From positions 926,552 through 990,551 of the forward strand of contig OZ244039.1 of the NCBI GenBank assembly GCA_965215225.1: a DNA stretch of 64,000 nucleotides, given 5' to 3'. Origin of the DNA: Gammaproteobacteria bacterium (lineage in GTDB: Bacteria; Pseudomonadota; Gammaproteobacteria; CBDBNL01; JAAOII01). A program made the translations under genes and the position numbers. Shown here piece after piece: positions 49,710 through 57,900 of this stretch. The notes beneath the pieces are model-generated. The model saw nothing but the letters and a program-made list of their open reading frames with translations. It had not been told where the DNA came from and made no database searches. Each line of letters begins with the position of its first letter. The first letter of the stretch is position 1.

Positions 49710-51071
49710 ATGGATAAGGTAATTAAGATTAAAAGAGGGGTTGATTTGCCTATAGCTGGTAGCCCAGTTGAGACTGATGCCAAGCTGGAGGCAAAGTATA
49801 CTCATCAATGCGCGCTATTAGGTAATGACTATCATGGGCTAAGACCCGCCATCAAGGTGAAGCCAGGCGATAGGGTTCATCGAGGTAGTCCAATCCTTAT
49901 TGATAAGCAGAACCCGCTTATTCAATATACATCTCCTATTGCTGGCCAGATTGCAGCTATAGAGAGAGGCGACAGACGGGCTTTAATTGCGGTTATTATT
50001 GAAAGGGCGGACAAGCAGACACAAGCAAAATTTTCATCCTATCGTCAGGCAAGCTTAGACCAGCTCACTGAGGGGGATGTAGAGAGGCTTCTATTGGAGA
50101 CTGGTCTGTGGGTTGCATTAAGGACGCGTCCCTTTAGTAAGGCGCCTATGCCATCAACTCGGCCGATTGCTATTTTTATTAACCTTATGGATACTAATCC
50201 CCTAGCCCTGTCTCCAGCCTATGCTCTTGCTGAAGAGGATTTTGCTTTTGGGGTTCAGGTTCTGGCTAAGTTGGCGAGGCTCTTCATATGTAAGCCAGCT
50301 GATATGGATCTTTCTCACTTGAATATCAATAGCGACAATGTGGAGGTGAGATCTTTTAGTGGCAAGCACCCAGCGGGATTGAGCGGCACTCACATGCATT
50401 TTCTTTCGCCAGCCGGTAGAGGCAGAATCAACTGGACTATAGGCTATCAGGATGTTGCTGCGATTGGCAGGCTCTTTACCACTGGCGAGCTGATGACTGA
50501 GCGAGTTATATCCCTAGCTGGCTCTCAGGTAGCCAAGCCTCGTCCTATTAAGACCTCCTCAGGCGCCGACCTAATTGAGCTGACCCAAGGAGAACTCTTG
50601 GAAGGGAAAAATAGAGTTATTTCCGGCTCCGTTTTTGCTGGTCATATTGCCGCGAGCAAGCAGGCGTTTTTAGGCAGATATGATCTTCAGATTAGCGTGT
50701 TGGCTGCTGGCGACGAGAGAGAGTTTATGCACTATCTATCGCCTGGACTAAAGAAATTCTCAACCCTTAATATATATATTTCCAAGTGGTTCCCCAAACG
50801 GCTTCTTAATTTTACTACCAGCACCAATGGTAGCCCGCGGGCTATGATGCCAATAGGTAGCTATGAGGCTGTGATGCCGCTGGACATATTGCCTACCCAA
50901 CTATTGCGCTATTTGATAGTGGGGGATATAGAGATGGCGGAGGCTCTGGGCTGTTTGGAGTTAGATGAAGAGGATCTGGCTTTGTGCACTTTTGTTTGTC
51001 CAGGCAAGTATGAGTATGGCCCTATATTAAGGCACAATTTGGCTCGGATAGAAAAGGAAAACTGGGATTAG
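49710..51071 (+). CDS. nqrA: Na+-translocating NADH:quinone oxidoreductase subunit A
   Basis: [27 protein letters not shown] and [22 protein letters not shown]. Confidence 0.96.
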   Translation: MDKVIKIKRGVDLPIAGSPVETDAKLEAKYTHQCALLGNDYHGLRPAIKVKPGDRVHRGSPILIDKQNPLIQYTSPIAGQIAAIERGDRRALIAVIIERADKQTQAKFSSYRQASLDQLTEGDVERLLLETGLWVALRTRPFSKAPMPSTRPIAIFINLMDTNPLALSPAYALAEEDFAFGVQVLAKLARLFICKPADMDLSHLNINSDNVEVRSFSGKHPAGLSGTHMHFLSPAGRGRINWTIGYQDVAAIGRLFTTGELMTERVISLAGSQVAKPRPIKTSSGADLIELTQGELLEGKNRVISGSVFAGHIAASKQAFLGRYDLQISVLAAGDEREFMHYLSPGLKKFSTLNIYISKWFPKRLLNFTTSTNGSPRAMMPIGSYEAVMPLDILPTQLLRYLIVGDIEMAEALGCLELDEEDLALCTFVCPGKYEYGPILRHNLARIEKENWD

Positions 51072-51090
51072 ATTAATTGGTTCTATTGAT

Positions 51091-52308
51091 ATGTTAAGAA
51101 AATGGATGGATAAGTTGTCCCCTCACTTTAATAAGGGGGGCAAATATGAAAAGTGGTACCCACTCTTTGAGGCAGTAGATACTTTCTTTTATAGCCCTGG
51201 CAAGATAACTCATCAGCCTTCTTTTGTTCGCGATGGTGTTGATATGAAGAGAATCATGATCACTGTTTGGCTGACTACTTTTCCAGCTATGTTTTGGGGG
51301 ATGTGGAATGTCGGCTATCAGGCAACCACTGCTATGGCGGATTTCAATCTGGCGGCTCCCGATGGCTGGCGTGGAGTCATCTTGGCTGCAACGACTTCCT
51401 TTAATTCAGCCAGCATTTGGGATTGTTTTATTTTTGGTCTGACCTATTATGTGCCGATCTATTTCGTCGTCTTTGTTGTGGGCGGCTTCTGGGAAGTCCT
51501 TTTTGCTATCATTCGCAAACACGAGGTGAATGAAGGTTTTTTTGTTACTTCCGTTCTCTTTTCTTTGACTGTCCCTCCCAGTCTTCCCTTATGGCAAGCA
51601 GCCTTAGGGATTACTTTTGGTGTAGTCATGGGGAAGGAAATCTTTGGCGGCACAGGTAAGAATTTTCTTAACCCTGCGTTAACTGGAAGAGCCTTCTTGT
51701 TCTTTGCTTATCCCGCTCAGATTTCGGGGGACGCGGTTTGGACTGCTGTAGATGGTTTTAGTGGCGCCACTGCTTTGGGATTGGCAGCCCAAGGAGGTAT
51801 AGATGCAGTTCTGGCCCAGAATATCACTTGGCTGGATGCCTTTCTTGGCCGTATTCAAGGTTCTATAGGAGAGGTCTCAACTCTGATGATACTGATTGCC
51901 GCTGTTGCGCTTATCTATACCCGTATCGCCTCTTGGCGTATTATGCTAGGCCTAGTCATAGGCATGATGGTTACCTCTTGGTTATTGAATCTGGTGGGCT
52001 CTTCTACTAATCCTATGTTTGCCGTTCCTTTTTATTGGCATTTGGTGTTGGGTGGTTTTGCTTTTGCCACTGTTTTTATGGCAACAGATCCGGTTTCGGC
52101 TGCTATGACCGATGTTGGTAAGTGGATATTTGGTTTTTTGATAGGTTTTATGACTATTTTAATTCGCGTGATTAATCCAGCCTATCCAGAGGGTATAATG
52201 TTGGCGATTCTATTTGTTAATTTACTTGCACCCTTAATAGACTATTTTGTGATGCAGCTAAATATTAGACGACGAAGAAGAAGACTAATGGCTTTTTCCA
52301 ATCAATAG
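51091..52308 (+). CDS. nqrB: Na+-translocating NADH:quinone oxidoreductase subunit B
   Basis: [25 protein letters not shown] (FMN site), FMATDPVS and PAYPEG. Confidence 0.96.
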   Translation: MLRKWMDKLSPHFNKGGKYEKWYPLFEAVDTFFYSPGKITHQPSFVRDGVDMKRIMITVWLTTFPAMFWGMWNVGYQATTAMADFNLAAPDGWRGVILAATTSFNSASIWDCFIFGLTYYVPIYFVVFVVGGFWEVLFAIIRKHEVNEGFFVTSVLFSLTVPPSLPLWQAALGITFGVVMGKEIFGGTGKNFLNPALTGRAFLFFAYPAQISGDAVWTAVDGFSGATALGLAAQGGIDAVLAQNITWLDAFLGRIQGSIGEVSTLMILIAAVALIYTRIASWRIMLGLVIGMMVTSWLLNLVGSSTNPMFAVPFYWHLVLGGFAFATVFMATDPVSAAMTDVGKWIFGFLIGFMTILIRVINPAYPEGIMLAILFVNLLAPLIDYFVMQLNIRRRRRRLMAFSNQ

Positions 52309-52423
52309 GGTTTTAATTTGTATGTTTGTGCATATTTGAGTATATTAATGAATATATTAATTGGTGAAATTATTGAAATTGATATAAAATCACCTCGACG
52401 AATTTAAGAACATAGCCTCCGCT

Positions 52424-52467
52424 GGGAGAATCTTAGGGTCTTAGGATCCTAGGGTTCTCCCTTTTTT
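52424..52467 (+). terminator. Rho-independent terminator downstream of nqrB
   Basis: 17 bp stem gggagaatcttagggtc/gatcctagggttctccc (with G-U pairs) followed by T6. Confidence 0.82.
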
Positions 52468-52477
52468 ATGTCCTTCT

Positions 52478-52524
52478 TATATATAGGTCCTATATATAGG
52501 TCTTATATATAGGACCTATATATA
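52478..52524. repeat. 13 bp quasi-palindromic tandem repeat (tatatataggtcc)
   Basis: tatatataggtcctatatataggtcttatatataggacctatatata; the outer arms are inverted complements. Confidence 0.8.
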
Positions 52525-52582
52525 AATTGCCTTTATAGAACCACAAGGCCAGTGGAATCTGATTGAGCCCTTTCTCTTTGGT

Positions 52583-54703
52583 TTGGGGAGAGGGGGTATA
52601 ATAAAATCCTATGAAACAGCTTCTATCCTTAAGCAGTTGCCGGCTTTTCGTTCCTTTGTGGTAGGCTTCGGCTTCCTAGTCCTCATTGCTTGTAGTGGCG
52701 GGAAAGATTCTCCTAGTGCTTTTGAGGTGGAACTCACTTTTGCTCCCTTAAGCGGCGGCTTTCAAATAGGCAACCAATCGGACTTTGGCGACTTCGTTTC
52801 TTTGAAGATCACAGCAACCAGTGAGGGCAGGTCTATAGTGGAGAGAAGTATCAGCACAGCCGAATTTGTTGACGGCAGCTATGAATTTACTGGACTAGAT
52901 GATCAATCTAGTTGGACCTTTAGGATCCTAGGCACTCTTGGTGATGGCAGGCAGCAGGAGGTGGCGATAGTTTTTGTTTGGGCTGAGAATGAGGAAGACC
53001 ACAAGAGCGGCGGTATTCGGGCGGGAATCAATACAGATGGAGATGGTCGGGCGGATAGTATAGATACAGATGACGATAATGATGGCATAGATGACCTTTC
53101 AGATAAATGTCCTACTGACGAGACAGGATGGGTAAGTAACTCTTCTACTGATAGGGATGGGGATGGTTGCCGTGATGAGGATAGAGAAGAGGATAGAGAA
53201 GAGAATAGAGAAGAGGATAGAGAAGAGAATAGAGAAGAGGATAGAGAAGAGAATAGAGAAGAGGATAGAGAAGAGAATAGAGAAGAGAATAGAGAAGAGG
53301 ATAGAGAAGAGGATAGAGAAGAGAATAGAGAAGAGGATAGAGATGAGGATAAGGATGGCTATATAAATGGTGTTGATCTAGACGATGACGGCGATGGTTT
53401 GATAGAGATAGGGACGGCAGCCGAACTGGATGCAGTGAGATATGCTCTGGATGGCAGTGGGCAAAAGTTGTCAGCAGATGGGATGTTTAACTCCACTGGC
53501 TGCGATGGTGACACTACTTCTTGTGCTGGCTATGAGCTGATTGCTAATATTAGTCTTGCCTCTTATAGAGATGGCGAAGGCTGGCAACCTCTGGGGCATG
53601 ACACAGATAATTCTACAACTGGATGCCAAGGAGCTGCTTTCAATGGAACTTTTGAGGGCAATGGCTTTAGGATTAGCAATTTAATCATTAATCGTCCGAA
53701 TGAAGATTGTGTGGGTTTGTTTGGCCAAATGGCGGTAGATTCAGCAATTCGCAATCTGAATCTTCATGCTGAGACAGTAATAGGTAGGGACAGAGTGGGA
53801 GGTTTGATGGGGGCAATGGTAAATGCTACGATTACTTCTTCTTCTATAAGCATTGGTAATATCAGCGGAGAGGTTCGGGTAGGAGGTTTGGTAGGGAGTG
53901 GGGTGGGTGCTAAGATTATTTCTTCTTCGGTTGTGGCTGGTGGGGTGAGAGGGGCTGGGCAGCTAGGTGGTCTGCTAGGGCATGGTCAAAATGCTACGGT
54001 TATTTCTTCTTCGGTTGTGGCAGCTAAGGTGAGAGGCGGTGATAGTGTGGCAGCTTTGGTAGGCTGGGGTATAGGTGCTAAGATTATTTCTTCATCGGTT
54101 GTGGCGGGTGAAGTGAGTGGAGGTGGGTCTGTTGTAGGCGGTCTGGTTGGGTGGGGTAATTCGGCTCGGATTATTTCCTCTTCGGTGGTGGTAGCTGAGA
54201 TGAGCGGGTTCGATAATGTAGGTAGTCTGGCAGGGTATTTTGATGGACAGCTTGCTTATTCTTATGTAATCTCAGGTAGGACGAATGCTGATATGCTAGT
54301 GGGAGGTGGAAATGGGATTGGAGTTGCTTCTTATTGGGATAGCAATACCAGTGGCATAGCCAAGGGCAATCATGGTCATGCCAAGACAAGTGATGAACTT
54401 CGGCGACCCACTGACTATAGCGGGATCTATGCCACTTGGAACAATCACACAAATATATTTGGCGATGGGGATGAACCATTGGCTGTCTGGTGTGATGAGG
54501 ATCTTAGTGGGAGCATAGAGCCAGATGAAAGAAGCCATGGCAATCGCGTTTGGGATTTCGGTACGGATGGGGAGTATCCCGCCATTGGCTGCGGTCCTAT
54601 CTCTCCTGCCGAGTGGCGTAGCTGGTGGTTTTTGAATAGAATGACTAATAGCATCCAGCTCAATCAGACCCGTCTGAATAATCGGCTGCCCTCATTAAAC
54701 TGA
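52583..54703 (+). CDS. GLUG-repeat lipoprotein, paralog 3, with (REED/REEN)13 spacer; start uncertain
   Basis: Lipobox LIAC, shared N-terminal domain, one DGCRD unit, GLUG repeats and shared C-terminus ending LPSLN. Confidence 0.85.
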   Translation: MGRGGIIKSYETASILKQLPAFRSFVVGFGFLVLIACSGGKDSPSAFEVELTFAPLSGGFQIGNQSDFGDFVSLKITATSEGRSIVERSISTAEFVDGSYEFTGLDDQSSWTFRILGTLGDGRQQEVAIVFVWAENEEDHKSGGIRAGINTDGDGRADSIDTDDDNDGIDDLSDKCPTDETGWVSNSSTDRDGDGCRDEDREEDREENREEDREENREEDREENREEDREENREENREEDREEDREENREEDRDEDKDGYINGVDLDDDGDGLIEIGTAAELDAVRYALDGSGQKLSADGMFNSTGCDGDTTSCAGYELIANISLASYRDGEGWQPLGHDTDNSTTGCQGAAFNGTFEGNGFRISNLIINRPNEDCVGLFGQMAVDSAIRNLNLHAETVIGRDRVGGLMGAMVNATITSSSISIGNISGEVRVGGLVGSGVGAKIISSSVVAGGVRGAGQLGGLLGHGQNATVISSSVVAAKVRGGDSVAALVGWGIGAKIISSSVVAGEVSGGGSVVGGLVGWGNSARIISSSVVVAEMSGFDNVGSLAGYFDGQLAYSYVISGRTNADMLVGGGNGIGVASYWDSNTSGIAKGNHGHAKTSDELRRPTDYSGIYATWNNHTNIFGDGDEPLAVWCDEDLSGSIEPDERSHGNRVWDFGTDGEYPAIGCGPISPAEWRSWWFLNRMTNSIQLNQTRLNNRLPSLN
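53183..53338 (+). repeat. 12 bp coding tandem repeat agagaagag(g/a)at x13
   Basis: Encodes (REED/REEN)13. Confidence 0.95.
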
Positions 54704-54957
54704 GCTATTATTGAATTTTATTTAAGTTAAGCTATAATATTTTTTTTAATTTTGATAACAAAGGTATAATAAAGAACTATGAAATCGGTTTCATTGTTAA
54801 TTAGGTGTTTATGTTGTCAGCTCTTCAATAGAACTGGCGATATGATTTTTTTTGGTTTGAAAAAGAAAGCTATGAAAAAATTCTACTTTCTAAGTAAAAT
54901 AGTGCACAACTTTCTTATTACTTTTAATGGTAAATTATTAAATAACGGTAAAAAAAT

Positions 54958-57900
54958 ATGAAAAAATCATTTTTTGTTTTTAGCGCGGCTAGGTTCTGCT
55001 TTTTCGGTAGTATGCCACGCTTTTATTTGCCCTCATTCATTTCGTCTAGTTTGAGACCGGGCCTCTTTTCTCTTTTAGTTAGTCTACTAGTTCTTACTGC
55101 TTGTGCTGGCGGAGGAGGAGACACCACAGACAGTGGCGCCGGAAACGGGAACGGAAACGGGAACGGAAACGGGAACGGAAATGGCGGCGGCAGCACTAGT
55201 CTGAATTTTGATTGGAACATAAGACCCTTCGCTGACGGAATACAAATTGACTGGCATAATATAGAACGTTTCAGAAGGACAATCCGTAATGTAGAACTTT
55301 CTCGAAGGACAGTCCATTCTTTAAGATTTCAAATCATTGAATTAGGGCAGCGATTTCCCAGTTCTGAATTTAATACTGTTAGTCTTGGGAGTTTTGTTGA
55401 TGGTGCTTACAATCTAACTGGGCTGATGGAAGGCTCTCGCTATAGGATTAGGGTAAGAGAGGTGCTAGCAAATAGATCGCTTGGCGAGATTCCAAATATC
55501 AATTTATTAGGAGAAAGAGAAGAGCAGCCGGATGACGGCAGCATTATCATCACTATTGGGTCCAACTGGGATTATGACCAGCTAGCGGATAGTTTAGATC
55601 CGGATGATGATAATGATCGCATTTTGGATGTGGATGACCTCTTCTGTCCGCGGGGAGATGTGGGGTGGGACGGTACTAACCAAGCAAATGATAGAGATGG
55701 GGATGGTTGCCGCGATGCAGGTGAGGATAAAGATGACGACAATGATGGGGCATTAGACGTAAATGAAGAACCTGGTTGTCAGTTCGAGCGCGACTGTGAC
55801 GATGACGATCTGATAGATGGGGATGAAGAACCTGGTTGTGCTAGGTTACCGGATTGTGATGGTGATACTATACGAGATATAGCTGACGCCTGTCCGCGCG
55901 GGATAATGAATTTGATCAGTAATCCTTCGACAGATCTTGATGGCGATGGTTGTCTTGATGACGAGGATCCGGATATTGATGGGGATAATTTGCCGGATGA
56001 ATTAGAACCGACTGGTTGTGAGAGAAACTCTGATTGCGACAATGATACGGTTCTGGATGGAGATGAGGTTGCTACTTGTATAGAGCAAGCGGATTGTGAT
56101 AGTGATGGGTCCCGCGATGATGTAGATATAGATGATGATGGGGATGGACTAATAGAAGTGGCAGAAGCAGCAGGACTAGCCTCAATTCGCTATCAGTTGG
56201 ATGCTAGTGGAGTCAGGCGAACTGCAGATGGGGAATTAAACACCACTGGCTGTGGTGGTGCTGGCGGCATTAGATCCTGTAATGGTTACGAACTAGTGAG
56301 GGATATTGACTTGACCGCTTATATCAATACTAATTATCGAGATGAGGATAATGTTAATATAAATGAGGGTTGGCAGCCTATTGGATATGATACCAACCTG
56401 ACGAGAGAAGGCTGTCAGGGAGATGGCTTCACCGGGATTTTTGAAGGCAATGCCAAGACGATTAGTGGTTTGAGTATAGACCGCCCCCAAGAAGACTGCA
56501 TTGGCCTCTTCGGTAATGTGAGGTCGCGTGGATGGATTCGTAATCTTGTCCTAGTAACAGGTGATGTATCCGGACGTGATAGGGTCGGGGGACTGATAGG
56601 CCAGGCTTTCGGATCTTTTGTCGAATTGACTTCCATAACAGTTAGAACAGATGAGGTATCTGGTCGAGATCAGGTTGGGGGTATGATAGGCTATGCTCTC
56701 ATAGGAAGCAGGGTATTTCCAATCCCAGCGCCTCCGCCGCCACTGGTGCCAGGTGGTCCGGTAGCCGTTCCTTCAGACCGGAACAACATATTCGCCTCCC
56801 TTATAGTGGACTCTCATAGTATTAGAGGCCGAAATGATGTGGGTGGTTTAATAGGCTATGCTTTTGATTTTACTCTTGGCTCTTCTAGGGCTGGTTCTGT
56901 TTTGTTGCATGGTAATGACAATATAGGCGGGCTCGTCGGGGCAGGTCTTTATGGCGTGATTGGAGGTTCCAGTGCCAATGCTACTGTATTGAGAGGCAAT
57001 GACAATATAGGTGGCTTGTTGGGACGTGGGGAAGGCAGTGCTATTGTCTCCTCCCATGCGACTAGTCGTTCTTTGGAAGGTCACGATAGAGTAGGTGGCT
57101 TGGTGGGCAATGGTTATCGTCGGACCCGTCCTATAAGTAGAACTCCTCCTTTGTGCGAGTTCTCCATTTTTGGTATTGGTCCTATAGTAGAGGCTATATT
57201 TTGCTCCGAACATCTTACCATTCTTTATTCCTATGCAATTAGCGATTCGTTTAGGGCCAATGATAGTGTGGGTGGTTTAGTGGGGAATGGTTTTGCCAGC
57301 GAGATTACTGGTTCCTACGCGATTTTTCGTTCGTTAGAGGGAGGAATTCATGTAGGTGGGCTGATGGGAAGAGGGGTTACGGCCAAGGTGGTGTCTTCTT
57401 ATGCATTCTTTGATTCACTAAATGCTACCAGATTTCTGGGTGGCTTGGTGGGAACGGCCTTAGCTACTGATGATCCTACCGCTATTGTTGCTTCCTATGC
57501 TAGATCAAGAACCCTTGTGGGGACGGGCTTTGTGGGTGGTCTAATAGGAGCGGGTGGTAGTTTAGTGGGAGATGCTTCTACCACTATTATTTATTCTTAT
57601 GCATTATCAGGCTTTGTGGAAGGGACTGAGGGTGAAGAAGACGCTCTGATGGGATGGACTTTTTATCCTCACCGTATAACGAATTCCTATTGGGATAGTA
57701 ACACTCCAAATATAATAGCTGAGCATGGCGGCGGCAGGCAAAGGGGAAATCGGTTAATATCGCCAACTGGTTATACTGGGATTTTTGCTAATTGGAATAA
57801 TGGCTATGACCTAGATAGGGAAGCAGGTGTGGAGGAGATCACTAAATGGTGTGATACTGATGCTAGTGGCGAGGTAGATGCAAGTGAAAAAGAGGATGCG

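Noticed and set aside
49468-49808. Minus-strand hydrophobic ORFs over the 16 bp repeat
   Set aside because: They are translations of the VNTR (period 16 aa) with no sign of being real genes.
55645-55660. RGD integrin-binding motif in a TSP3-like repeat (CPRGD)
   Set aside because: A single tripeptide in Gly/Asp-rich sequence is expected by chance, and the equivalent repeats do not conserve it.
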